A DNA stretch of 54,898 bases, taken from the NCBI GenBank assembly GCA_044870765.1, contig JBIOZG010000022.1:1-54898 (forward strand), read 5' to 3'. A model generated the notes under the pieces. The model did not search any database and was not told where the DNA came from. It saw only the letters and a list, made by a program, of their open reading frames with translations. The translations under genes and the position numbers were made by a program. Below, piece after piece: positions 9,790 through 19,637 of this stretch. This DNA is from Nitrososphaeraceae archaeon. GTDB taxonomy: Archaea; Thermoproteota; Nitrososphaeria; Nitrososphaerales; Nitrososphaeraceae. The first letter of the stretch is position 1; every line of letters begins with the position of its first letter.

Positions 9790-10101
9790 CTATGCTTTCT
9801 TTACTTCGATTTCAATAGTGGAGACATTCCTTGTTCTGCCATCTTCTGCTTGGAGCGTTTCTGAACCAATCCTTACATCACCTATTGCATATCCTGCATT
9901 TTCCATTCTCTTTAGAATTATTTGTGAGACATCGACAGCTCTTCCGATACTAAGACCTCTTGCCTTTATGGTTACTGATGGTTGATTTGCCAATTGAATA
10001 AGCGTAGAGGTTACATACGCCATCAGAGGTTTCTTGCCTATGTATATAGAATCGCGTGGTCCGTCTCTCTGTGTTTGTGCATTCTGTTGTACTTCAGACA
10101 T
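9790..10101 (-). CDS. albA: DNA/RNA-binding protein Alba
   Basis: IYIGKKPLMAYV, KARGLSIGRAVDV and VSTIEI motifs. Confidence 0.95.
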   Translation of the reverse strand: MSEVQQNAQTQRDGPRDSIYIGKKPLMAYVTSTLIQLANQPSVTIKARGLSIGRAVDVSQIILKRMENAGYAIGDVRIGSETLQAEDGRTRNVSTIEIEVKKA

Positions 10102-10292
10102 GAAAACCGTTAGTCAAAAGGATAATTTAAATCTAAAAGATGTTTACTGAATTGAAAATATCAATGTTCTGAGGAGTAAGTAACTTGAGTCGATGCAGTT
10201 ACAGGAAAATCGTGAAGTCAAAGGCAACAAAAAATAATAACCAATTGCCTTTCACGGTTATATATCTTAGTTTACATTTGTAATATTGAGAT

Positions 10293-10811
10293 ATGGAGAA
10301 GAGAACCAGCGAAAATGGAACAAATGCCGAAGACAATCTAGCTGAATCAAACACAGATACAGACTCAGGCATTCAAGGCACTGATTCTGATTCTGAAAAT
10401 TTATCTATCGATAATAACGACGATGAAATTCAACCAACCCGAAAAACACCTAGAAGGTCAAATTCAAACGTCAAAATTGAAGATTATGACTTGATAGTGA
10501 ACAGTCTAAAGGAGGCCACCACATCCTTTAAAGATGTAATTTATTCCATCAGCAAAAAAGCCCAAGAAATTAGAGAGAAGGCTGAAGAAACATTTACAGT
10601 AGGAGCAAGGAGAGATGCAAGAGATATCAAGGCACTTGGAGTTTATGTAGAAAGTGTCACCAAGGGTTTCGAAGATACTATGATGGAAATCAAAAAGAAT
10701 GGTTATGGTGACGAGGAAAAGCTTTTGAAAGGTTATAAGAAGCTACTTGAAGAACAAATTAATCTCATTAACGCTAGAATAGAAATGGTAAAGAGACTTA
10801 AATCTAGATGA
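10293..10811 (+). CDS. Hypothetical protein (acidic N-terminus, coiled-coil C-terminus)
   Basis: 172-aa ORF with a TATA-like element about 30 bp upstream. Confidence 0.75.
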   Translation: MEKRTSENGTNAEDNLAESNTDTDSGIQGTDSDSENLSIDNNDDEIQPTRKTPRRSNSNVKIEDYDLIVNSLKEATTSFKDVIYSISKKAQEIREKAEETFTVGARRDARDIKALGVYVESVTKGFEDTMMEIKKNGYGDEEKLLKGYKKLLEEQINLINARIEMVKRLKSR

Positions 10812-10976
10812 TCAAGCCGTAGTAGAAAAGTGCAATTTAAAGATCTTTATATCCACATTTACCGAAGTCTAGAAACAATATTATTCATTTGATTTGGTAC
10901 ATTCATTTGAATTATTTTGATGTCCTGATTCCTACTTGATAATATTTAAGAGCATCCAGATCACCAATTAGAAAAC

Positions 10977-11591
10977 ATGGTCATATTCGATGAGATGAAT
11001 CACACCAAATTATCAATTGTATTATCAGCCCTTACCATTTTTTCAATTTTTCTGATAGTAGATTACCTGGAACACAATCTTGCCTTTGGTTCATTCCATG
11101 AGAATCCGATAATTACTATTGGTTTGGATTCAGAATTCCTGACATATGATGATATTATAACTGGATTTAGCATAAAATATCCTCCTGATTGGGAAAGGGC
11201 CCAACATTTGGACAAATCAGTCACATTTCTAGCTCCAAGAGAAAGTAATTCAGATACAAATCCGGCAGGCCTTGGGATTATGGTTATAGAAGTTGAATCG
11301 AATAAGTCACTTGCTTCAATCACTCAGAACCAACTAAATACACTAAAGAATCTGTACCCAGACATTCAAATTCTGGAATCAATGGAAACTATATTTCTAG
11401 GACACCCTTCCCATATGATTATTTTTACAGCCACTGATAATACACAAAGTATGAGAAAGGCTATGCAGATCTGGTTTAAGGAAGACAATAAAGCATTTTT
11501 AATGACTTACAAATCAGATAATCAAAGGTACTCAAAATACCTACCCACTATAGATAAAATGCTAAATTCATTTTACACATACAAAAAATAA
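10977..11591 (+). CDS. PsbP-like exported protein
   Basis: N-terminal hydrophobic segment; FLTYDD..GFSIKYPPDW and YSKYLPTIDKMLNSF motifs. Confidence 0.8.
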   Translation: MVIFDEMNHTKLSIVLSALTIFSIFLIVDYLEHNLAFGSFHENPIITIGLDSEFLTYDDIITGFSIKYPPDWERAQHLDKSVTFLAPRESNSDTNPAGLGIMVIEVESNKSLASITQNQLNTLKNLYPDIQILESMETIFLGHPSHMIIFTATDNTQSMRKAMQIWFKEDNKAFLMTYKSDNQRYSKYLPTIDKMLNSFYTYKK

Positions 11592-11722
11592 TTAATGAAT
11601 GTTAATTGATTTGATTTTAGTGATATCATTTCACATACCTATCAAAAATATTTACTAATTATAACCTTAACTTGTCAAAACCTGAATTTGACAAGGATAT
11701 TTTATTATTATTAACTTTTCTT

Positions 11723-13855
11723 TCATTCTTCGGGAAGCTTTGAAATGCTCAACAGATCTTCAATATTTTCTTCGCTAACACCTTTTTTGGCTAATTCTCT
11801 TCTCAGTTTCTTCTTGTCCTTTATCTTTTGGGGAACATTTCTTGTATACTGCGTTATATAATCAATGAATTGTAAATCATCTATTATTGCATTGTTAAAC
11901 TCAGTACTGGAATTAACGGTTAAGGATTCATAGTGAGGATTTATTATTATTGAGTTTGTTAGCTCCGTATGCTTAAGATCTGCACCGCCAAGGTCGACTC
12001 CTACTAATCGGGCACCACCGAGATTAGCTCCTACTAATCGGGCACCACCGAGATTAGCTCCCATTAATTTGGCACCCACAAGATGCGCATCTCTCAGGTT
12101 AGCCCCCCAAAGACGAGTGCTTATTAGATTAGCCCCCCAAAGACGTGCTCCCACTAGATCGGCACCACCAAGATTGGTGCCTACCAGTCTGGCTCCGCTC
12201 AAATTCGCTCCCATTAGATCTGCTCCGCTCAAATTCGCTCCCATTAGATCCGCTCCATCAAGATCTGCTCCGCTCAAATTCGCTCCCATTAGATCCGCAT
12301 CCCTTAGATCCGCATCCCTTAGATCCGCATCCCTTAGATCCGCATCCCTTAGATCCGCATCCCTTAGATCCGCATCCCTTAGATCCGCATCTCTAATTGA
12401 TAAAATCTTATATTCTATCGCTCTCTTGTCATTGAATTCATTAATCTTTCCACTCTGCAGTAACTTTACTGCTTCATAGTTTACAGTTTTTCCAGGGATG
12501 CCAGTAGGTTCAATAGCCACTTCTATTGCACGACTGTATATGCTCCAATCGCGTATGTTTCTTAAAGTATTTGAATTTTTTACCAAAAAATCCCACAAAT
12601 CCGAATCTGATTTAAAATCTCGCAACACCTTCCATACTTTCGTATCAATTTCATCTTTTTTTTCTTCGTACAAGTCCAAACTTTTAAGACGAGTCTCGTC
12701 ATCCATCTTGAGATATTTATCTAGTCCTCTAAAGAAAGATTCATCGGATTTTACTAATATATTATAAAACTTATTCCATCGTAAATGCACAGCTTGTACT
12801 ACTAGTAATTCCTTTGCTTCAAAATTTTTCTTACCTGAAAAAATGAATTCCTTTGCTTCAAAATTTTTCTTACCTGAAAAAATCTCACAAGCCACAAAAA
12901 AGTTGTTCAAGAATCTTTTAATTTCTCTAGGATTATTATCTATTGCAACTGAAATTAGTTCTATATTCTTGTCTACAACATCTTTGAATTTATCATGAAT
13001 CATACCTTTTTTTATGAGATCCTTTACTAATCTGACGATGTCTTGGTTACTCCATTTAGGTAAAGTTATTGGTACTTGGATCAACTTCTTAATGTAGCGT
13101 TCTCCATCAATGCTAGATTCGCTATTTCCAACTTTGCTGAACTTGACTATCATATCATGGCTTAATCCTATTACGTAAATAAAACCCTCAATATCATGAA
13201 ATACTCTTATCATCTCTAATATTTCAAAAGCTTTCCCTGGAGAACATTTGTCCAAATCGTCAACAAAAATAACAATCCTAAAAGCAGGATTATCTTTTCG
13301 CAGATTCTTTATCTCCTTATTTATTTCCCTAAAACCATCAAAGTAGATTGAATCCCTATCTAATTCTGCAATTAATTGAATCTTCGAGTTTAGCTCTTTC
13401 TTGAATGTATTTATCATTTCGTGGGAAATTTCATCCTCTTCTGACGCGTACTTTGATATAATAGATGTAAGAATATCCGGAGTTCTCTTCAGAAAATTTA
13501 TTGCACTTGTTTCTAATTTCTGCTTTAAATTTTCAAATTCTTTGTCAGCAGGTAACGTATAAGCTATATTTTTTAATAATGAAACCAGCGGAAACATTTC
13601 CCTTTTGTACCGTGACGCTTCGAGTCTTATTTTGACTAAGTCCCTGTCAGTTTGAAGGGCTTTATCAACAGAATTAATTAAAGTTGACTTTCCAGTCCCC
13701 CAATCACCAAATACTCCGATACTAAATTTCGGATGAGAGTTTTTTATAATATTGACAATGGCATTAGAGTATAAATTAAAATCAAGGATTGGATCAATCA
13801 CCGTGTCGTCTGTTAAGATTAATCCGCTTTGAACCAGTTCACCCTCTCTAGACAA
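11723..13855 (-). CDS. KAP family P-loop NTPase fused to a C-terminal pentapeptide repeat domain
   Basis: Walker A GDWGTGKST, Walker B IVIFVDDLDKC, YIKKLIQVPITLP, NNPREIKRFLN, then about 30 A(D/N)Lxx repeats. Confidence 0.9.
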   Translation of the reverse strand: MSREGELVQSGLILTDDTVIDPILDFNLYSNAIVNIIKNSHPKFSIGVFGDWGTGKSTLINSVDKALQTDRDLVKIRLEASRYKREMFPLVSLLKNIAYTLPADKEFENLKQKLETSAINFLKRTPDILTSIISKYASEEDEISHEMINTFKKELNSKIQLIAELDRDSIYFDGFREINKEIKNLRKDNPAFRIVIFVDDLDKCSPGKAFEILEMIRVFHDIEGFIYVIGLSHDMIVKFSKVGNSESSIDGERYIKKLIQVPITLPKWSNQDIVRLVKDLIKKGMIHDKFKDVVDKNIELISVAIDNNPREIKRFLNNFFVACEIFSGKKNFEAKEFIFSGKKNFEAKELLVVQAVHLRWNKFYNILVKSDESFFRGLDKYLKMDDETRLKSLDLYEEKKDEIDTKVWKVLRDFKSDSDLWDFLVKNSNTLRNIRDWSIYSRAIEVAIEPTGIPGKTVNYEAVKLLQSGKINEFNDKRAIEYKILSIRDADLRDADLRDADLRDADLRDADLRDADLRDADLMGANLSGADLDGADLMGANLSGADLMGANLSGARLVGTNLGGADLVGARLWGANLISTRLWGANLRDAHLVGAKLMGANLGGARLVGANLGGARLVGVDLGGADLKHTELTNSIIINPHYESLTVNSSTEFNNAIIDDLQFIDYITQYTRNVPQKIKDKKKLRRELAKKGVSEENIEDLLSISKLPEE
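12291..12391. repeat. 15-bp coding minisatellite AGATCCGCATCCCTT x6 plus a partial copy
   Basis: Perfect tandem copies encoding (ADLRD)n on the minus strand. Confidence 0.97.
12807..12883. repeat. In-frame 39-bp tandem duplication inside the KAP NTPase gene
   Basis: 38-bp identical copies at 12807-12844 and 12846-12883; protein reads IFSGKKNFEAKE twice. Confidence 0.97.
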
Positions 13856-14342
13856 AATCAGATCTTACTTTAACTTGATTCATTTTTAAGTATTTGTTGC
13901 TATCCTAGATTTAGCTATAGTATGTTTTGGTGAACTGAGTTAATAAAACGACTTAATTATGTATTACCAACATTATTAATTATCTAATTGGACAAATACA
14001 AATTAGACCTTTTGAGAGGTTCATTCAATTGATTTGGACTTGAATTCTTAAATCATTAATTGAAATTTGAAAGTTTTTAAAGATATAATTAGGCATTTTC
14101 GTGATTTGGATTTGGGTTTGGATTTGAATGGTATTCTTTTAGACTTTCAATGAAACAAATGATTACTAAATAAAAGACTTGTTAAGCTAATTTTAAAAGG
14201 TTTTTTAATATTTGTTTGGTCAGATTCTGATATGATACTAGAAAAGATTAATATTATTCATAGTAACAAATTATTCAAGGTAACACAACAACGCAACAGT
14301 AAATTTTTATATTTTAATTCTGCACAGCGACTACCAGTTCTA

Positions 14343-14696
14343 CTATTGTAGAGGATTGATAGAATGTCCTATTATACTATCGCCTTTCAGAATAATACAG
14401 CAGGGACACTTTTGATCCAGACAAACTGCTGCCTGTTCATGCTTACATACAGAGCAAATACATTGTTGCTGTTGTATCTTTCCTAACTCCTCCATCTCCT
14501 GCATCTCTTTCTTTTCTTTACGTGATCTTTCATCAGCGTATAACCATAAAAATACTACTGGTATCCCAATTGCAAAGAAAATGATCATTGTGCGTACGGG
14601 AACTCGTAAAGTAAATAATGCCAAACCAAAAATCAAGGCCCCTATGCCGAGAGCTGCAAGCCAGCGATTCGTGAGATTATCTACATTCAAATTCAA
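14343..14696 (-). CDS. 2-TM membrane protein with C-terminal Cys-rich metal-binding tail
   Basis: Two hydrophobic helices, then CICSVCKH...CLDQKCPCC. Confidence 0.75.
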   Translation of the reverse strand: MNLNVDNLTNRWLAALGIGALIFGLALFTLRVPVRTMIIFFAIGIPVVFLWLYADERSRKEKKEMQEMEELGKIQQQQCICSVCKHEQAAVCLDQKCPCCIILKGDSIIGHSINPLQ

Positions 14697-14706
14697 ACCA
14701 CTTTAT

Positions 14707-14991
14707 CTACTGTATGTAGCTTCCCTCTTCATTTTGAATATATCTGTCTTCGTTCGAACTACCATCATTTGATCTAACCGGATTCATTTTCTTTTTCTTT
14801 CGTAGCTTTCTCACTTCTTCAAGTATTTCTCTTAATCTATCTTCCGATATCTTTGCTATTCTAGCGTCACATTCTATGCCTCTAGCATCAAGAACCTGCT
14901 CTGTTAGACTAATCATCTCTTGTTTATCTCGTTCTTCCTCTTCACTTAACATGTTAGCACTTTTGAATCGAAAGAAGGCAAATTCGCTCAT
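14707..14991 (-). CDS. Hypothetical protein
   Basis: 94-aa charged ORF, 10 bp upstream of the next minus-strand gene. Confidence 0.65.
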   Translation of the reverse strand: MSEFAFFRFKSANMLSEEEERDKQEMISLTEQVLDARGIECDARIAKISEDRLREILEEVRKLRKKKKMNPVRSNDGSSNEDRYIQNEEGSYIQ

Positions 14992-15088
14992 CTCACTATT
15001 ATAATACTACAACAAACTTATTATTATTATTGATGAGCAAATTGGAAGACGAAATATTACTAAATAAGAAATTATAATACGTGCCAAT

Positions 15089-16129
15089 CTAGGTTTTCTT
15101 CTTGCTCATTTCAAATTTCCAACTCCTCTTATAATTTTCATCCCGAAGATTGAATCCTTTAAAAAGCTTAAAGTACGCTTCCTTAATCACCTTTTGATTA
15201 TCAATATCCGATTGAATCCAGAGAAATTCAAAGATGGATAACAGGGAGTTGAGCTTGATTTCATTATTGGAATATACGCTTAACCCTTTCGCACCTTCTA
15301 GGTTTCTACTAAAATTGAAATCTGGGGAAATGTCAAGAAATGTCCTTCTATCAAATATCATTGTTGTCATTCTTGTTTGTAAGGGTTTTTGTAAGTATTG
15401 AACAGAGATATTGGGGAAGTTATCATGAAATGAATCTCTTATTTCATCCTTAACTTTCTTGTTCTCACAATAGACTATTGTCCTTACCCTTATGCCATTC
15501 TTTGAAGCCTCTTCCAATAAATTCAATATACCTAATTTCTTTGAATGAATCAAAACTTGAAATTCTGAAAATAGAACCAATATTTCATCTATTGATGACG
15601 TGATAGATTTCCTTATGATATTGCGTATCTCGTATGACTTGGAAACATTTTTTGTAAAAGATTTTTCTTTATCATATTCGAATTCTTTAATTTTCTCTTT
15701 GTAAGGCAACGCAATACTCCACAACGAATTAAATAGGAACTGCTGAGCAGACACGAATGATTTATCAGAAATGCGTAATAATCTTCTCCTATCGTTATTC
15801 TTCTTAAGAAACATCACAAATTCTGCGTCGTCTATGAGCATGATATTGGATGCGATTTTATCAAAATGCCTAATCTCAAAATAGTTTAGAAAGCCTCTAT
15901 ATAATGAAGCCTGTTTCACACCTATATTGGAAATCATTCTTAATTTCAATCCCTTCTTTTTAAGATCAAGAAATTTTAGTGATAGGCCATTAGACTCAAC
16001 GTAGCTCAAAAATTCACTGGCAAGAAAACAGTCAATACCTGCTGTTGCCCTAGACATAGTCTGTAATGTAATTTTCGCAATGGAGCTGGACGCCACACTA
16101 ATTTCATTACTAGCAGGGTTACGTGACAA
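15089..16129 (-). CDS. Tandem TrmB/PLD-like sensory domain protein without a kinase domain
   Basis: Two repeats (KGLKLRMI..EIRH..QQFLFNSLW; NGIRVRTI..TMIFDR..SIFEFLW) like thaumarchaeal sensor-kinase N-termini. Confidence 0.6.
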   Translation of the reverse strand: MSRNPASNEISVASSSIAKITLQTMSRATAGIDCFLASEFLSYVESNGLSLKFLDLKKKGLKLRMISNIGVKQASLYRGFLNYFEIRHFDKIASNIMLIDDAEFVMFLKKNNDRRRLLRISDKSFVSAQQFLFNSLWSIALPYKEKIKEFEYDKEKSFTKNVSKSYEIRNIIRKSITSSIDEILVLFSEFQVLIHSKKLGILNLLEEASKNGIRVRTIVYCENKKVKDEIRDSFHDNFPNISVQYLQKPLQTRMTTMIFDRRTFLDISPDFNFSRNLEGAKGLSVYSNNEIKLNSLLSIFEFLWIQSDIDNQKVIKEAYFKLFKGFNLRDENYKRSWKFEMSKKKT

Positions 16130-16263
16130 TTAACACGTATTTACAGAATTGATCATGATATAAAAGATATGTAAGATCAAATTATTGATTGACAAAAACT
16201 GAAAATTCTGGTATCATTGAAATTGTTTAATTAATAAAACACAAGCAACTATATCTGTCAATA

Positions 16264-16677
16264 TCACATTAAGTCTTCAACTGGAGCAAAGCCATGATAA
16301 TAGGGAATCTGTCCTAATTCGTCTTTTGGCGGAATCTCTACAATAGATATCAGGTGACCTTCAGGATCCTCTATTATGGCATGCTTTCCAAAAGATTCTT
16401 CAGTTATCTGCTTATGAAATTTGACATCCTTATCTTCGAGTTTTTTACACACAGATTCCAAGTTACTCACACTAAAACCTACTAACATATTTGAAGAGCG
16501 TTTCTGTTTGATACGTGCAGGATGCAGCGCCAACACAGCACTTTGACCCTCATTCTGAAATTCAACCCAATCAGGTGATTGGTTTTTTATTTTCAATTCA
16601 AGGATATCCCTATAGAAAGCTATGCACTTCTGTAAATCTTCGACTAGAAGTATTGCGGCACCAAGTCGTTTGAACAT
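16264..16677 (-). CDS. VOC/glyoxalase family protein
   Basis: LVEDL...AFYRDILEL...FGKHAIIEDPEGHLISIVE. Confidence 0.9.
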   Translation of the reverse strand: MFKRLGAAILLVEDLQKCIAFYRDILELKIKNQSPDWVEFQNEGQSAVLALHPARIKQKRSSNMLVGFSVSNLESVCKKLEDKDVKFHKQITEESFGKHAIIEDPEGHLISIVEIPPKDELGQIPYYHGFAPVEDLM

Positions 16678-16958
16678 CTAATCCTACTTATTTTCCCTAT
16701 GTCCTAAATTTTATTCGGTTCAGACTATTATCCCCTTAAATAATTCGAAATGTCTTAATTTAACAAGATTGTCTGTACAAGGTTCAATTAAAACTACCAT
16801 GATTATTGTAATCAATTGCCATTTACCAAAAAATGCAATGCTCGTAAAATAAAATTATTAGTTCTCCTAGAACAGAATTATTAAACAGAGTAAAGAAAAC
16901 AAATCAGTAGAATAACAAGACAATATTTCAGGTTGGTAATTAAAATTATTACACCCAA

Positions 16959-17177
16959 TTGAAAGGTCACTATTTAAGAAACGGTATTATGTCATGTTGT
17001 TTTATATACGGTATGTCTGGCAAGCGCCAGCACTTTGTAAACGTAGTGGGTCAATATGAAGATGTAATTTGCGACTATCGTACCTGTCGCCATAAGCTTT
17101 CAGAACATGGCTCATCAAATCGTAAATGTAGATGCCGCCATCCTAGTAATAAGGTAATTGGAATAAATTTTTCATAG
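16959..17177 (+). CDS. Small Cys/His metal-binding protein (start uncertain, possibly 17013)
   Basis: CDYRTCRHKLSEH...CRCRHP. Confidence 0.65.
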   Translation: MKGHYLRNGIMSCCFIYGMSGKRQHFVNVVGQYEDVICDYRTCRHKLSEHGSSNRKCRCRHPSNKVIGINFS

Positions 17178-17292
17178 GTATCAAAGGTGCTGTCAAGTTT
17201 TATGATACATGATCGATAAATGAATGCGGCGTTCTCTTAAATGGTCAAGTGAAATGAGCGTAGAAAGAGTTGGATTCTCACTGTTATGAGAG

Positions 17293-17311
17293 TACTCTGT
17301 TTAACAGAGTA
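17293..17311. promoter_or_regulatory. 19-bp palindrome between convergent genes
   Basis: TACTCTGTT-T-AACAGAGTA. Confidence 0.35.
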
Positions 17312-17334
17312 TCATACAAAAGATTAAAATCTGC

Positions 17335-17643
17335 TCACTTGAGCTTATTCATCACAGAGTCAACTTTCTGATCCAGATTCTGTTCCTTATCCAATCTTTC
17401 GTCAATGTGCACTATAGAGATTACTCTCTGGATTCCAGAAGACTTGACAGCTTCATGGGCAATATTTATTGCATTGAGGATGTCTACCATGTTATTTGAT
17501 TGAATTTGAGTCCCAAGTGGCGTGAGGGTTGCTTTAAGGTCTTTGATTCCGCTAATAGCATCAAAAGCTAATGCTATTTCCTTACTCATACTCGTGCCAG
17601 AGCGTATTCCAACAGGTAGCACACTAATCTCTGCGGTAATCAT
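17335..17643 (-). CDS. MTH1187/YkoF-like thiamine-binding protein
   Basis: AEISVLPVG..TSMS...TPLGTQI...HE...RV...IDERLDK. Confidence 0.88.
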   Translation of the reverse strand: MITAEISVLPVGIRSGTSMSKEIALAFDAISGIKDLKATLTPLGTQIQSNNMVDILNAINIAHEAVKSSGIQRVISIVHIDERLDKEQNLDQKVDSVMNKLK

Positions 17644-17824
17644 CCTGATAGATTATTCTCGCAGGGAAAATATTTAAGCCCTCCTAATTTTGAATACCAT
17701 TCGATAGAAAAGAAAAAAACTATTCTCGATTTAACATAATACTTGTAAGAACTATGGATTACTATTACTATTGTTTTTACATTCTTTGCGATTTAAAGTT
17801 TAAACCTTCAAATAATTAGAATCA

Positions 17825-18280
17825 TTATTGTGTTTTATTTAGAACTAAATTATTTGTTAACGAATTTGATAATGGTGAAGTTTTATTCAAATCCGTAAAT
17901 AGAACAATAGTGGTGATTGATTGAAGTGTACTGTTTGGTAAACTGGTAACAAATTGCTGGAAACCAGCCTTATCAACTTTGAATCCATTTGGAATTGAGG
18001 TAGTTTTAATTAAAGTCCCATTCGATGTGTATATTTTCATTGTTGCACTGATTTGCTTACCTACTGTGGCAGGATCAGAAACTAAATATGTAGTAGTTAA
18101 TTTAATTTGCTGGACGTTCTTGCCTGGCGGTAAATAAAATTGACCATCACCTAACTTCAGTAGTATCTCTTTTCCATGATTTGCAAATAGTGGTTGGTGT
18201 ACAATTGAAAGAATAAATATGCTAATCACAACAAACAGGACAGTATTTCTGTAGTTTCTTGTTTTCTTATTCCAACCCAT
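17825..18280 (-). CDS. Exported hypothetical protein
   Basis: Signal-peptide-like N-terminus and beta-rich body. Confidence 0.75.
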   Translation of the reverse strand: MGWNKKTRNYRNTVLFVVISIFILSIVHQPLFANHGKEILLKLGDGQFYLPPGKNVQQIKLTTTYLVSDPATVGKQISATMKIYTSNGTLIKTTSIPNGFKVDKAGFQQFVTSLPNSTLQSITTIVLFTDLNKTSPLSNSLTNNLVLNKTQ

Positions 18281-18313
18281 TCAAATACTCACCTTTTTAG
18301 TCATTGAATATCA

Positions 18314-18332
18314 TTTGAACTTTTAGTTCAAA
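18314..18332. promoter_or_regulatory. Palindromic operator-like site
   Basis: TTTGAACT-TTT-AGTTCAAA, lying between a minus-strand TATA (about 18353-18360) and the start at 18280. Confidence 0.45.
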
Positions 18333-18417
18333 CTCGACATATCAACGGTAGAATATAAAAATTGATGTTAATTAACTGATAGTTTATGATAATTGATTTT
18401 ATAGCAGAATAAATCAT

Positions 18418-19572
18418 TCATTTTAGTTTCAATACCGGAAGCACCAGTAATATCATTGTCACACCTCCCAACAACCATGCTATCTCATAGCCCACTCGAT
18501 TCACAACGATTGAAAATAGTACGGGAATCCAAAAAACCCCAAATAATGAGAGACCATTTACATAACTTACAGCAAGAGTCTGATATTGAGATTGAGATTT
18601 GTTGATTTCTTTGGCTTTCGCGTATACGATTACAAAACCTGCTGATAAGCATAATCCCCCTATCACGACTGAAATTATGATTATGTATAGTGAGTCTGTG
18701 GCAAAACCTACTATGCTGATAGCGCTTATGATACCTGATATAAATAGGAGCTTCTTTGCGTTACCGATTTTATCATAAATTCTTCCAAACAGTGGTGAGG
18801 ATACTAGAGCAACTACTAAACTCAGACTAGCTATTAGCCCTGCCTCAACTGGATGAATATTCAAATGATTCACAAAATAGAATACGCTAAATGTTAAAAT
18901 CATGCTTGATCCTGCCTGAAACCCAAGTAAGGTAAAACCGAGAATTATCAATGATTTGTTAAATATGGTTTTTAATATATCCGAAATCTTGATTCTAAAA
19001 TCCTCTAATAGTTTAACTTCTTCCTTTATCAGCGCTCTGCTCAAAATGAGTGCTGTAGCTATTCCCAAAACACCACCCAGAATTAGTGAGGCCCTCCATC
19101 CTAGAGACTCAGCTAATACAACCCAACCAAACAATCCCACAATTCCACCTAGGGCATGCGCAGAGTTCAAGAGTCCGATGCCCAGTCCTTCAGATTCTTT
19201 CCCCAGATATCTTGAAACCAGTATAACACTGGGTCCAAAGAAACACGCCATGCCAATCCCAATAAAGAATCGCAAGATAGTAATCTGCGTTGTACCACTT
19301 GCCAACCCAGTAACTAACGCTGCAGTTGAAGCAATCATTATTCCATAAATAGTCATGTTTCTCAGACCGTACTTTGCAGCTATAATTCCCGCAGGTACTT
19401 GGAAGAGGCCAACACCGATAAGAAAACTAGCGCTAATTATTCCCAACATGGCTATGTCTTCTCTAAAATCCAAAGCTATGAGGTAAAATATTGAAGCAAT
19501 ATTAAACCAGTTAATTGTGTATATTATTCTAGCGAGCAATAAGGAAAGTGTCGCTACTCTGAATCCACCCAA
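18418..19572 (-). CDS. MFS transporter
   Basis: 12 TM helices, motif A-like GIIAAKYGLR and GRIYDKIG, LGWR. Confidence 0.92.
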   Translation of the reverse strand: MGGFRVATLSLLLARIIYTINWFNIASIFYLIALDFREDIAMLGIISASFLIGVGLFQVPAGIIAAKYGLRNMTIYGIMIASTAALVTGLASGTTQITILRFFIGIGMACFFGPSVILVSRYLGKESEGLGIGLLNSAHALGGIVGLFGWVVLAESLGWRASLILGGVLGIATALILSRALIKEEVKLLEDFRIKISDILKTIFNKSLIILGFTLLGFQAGSSMILTFSVFYFVNHLNIHPVEAGLIASLSLVVALVSSPLFGRIYDKIGNAKKLLFISGIISAISIVGFATDSLYIIIISVVIGGLCLSAGFVIVYAKAKEINKSQSQYQTLAVSYVNGLSLFGVFWIPVLFSIVVNRVGYEIAWLLGGVTMILLVLPVLKLK

Positions 19573-19637
19573 TACGATCCCAACTACATAATGGACTTGA
19601 TTGTAAAAATACTAATTCGTTCCGAGATCTAGAAACT

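Noticed and set aside
12069-12767. Plus-strand ORFs with RSASL or LDPHP repeats
   Set aside because: Antisense shadows of the pentapeptide/KAP gene.
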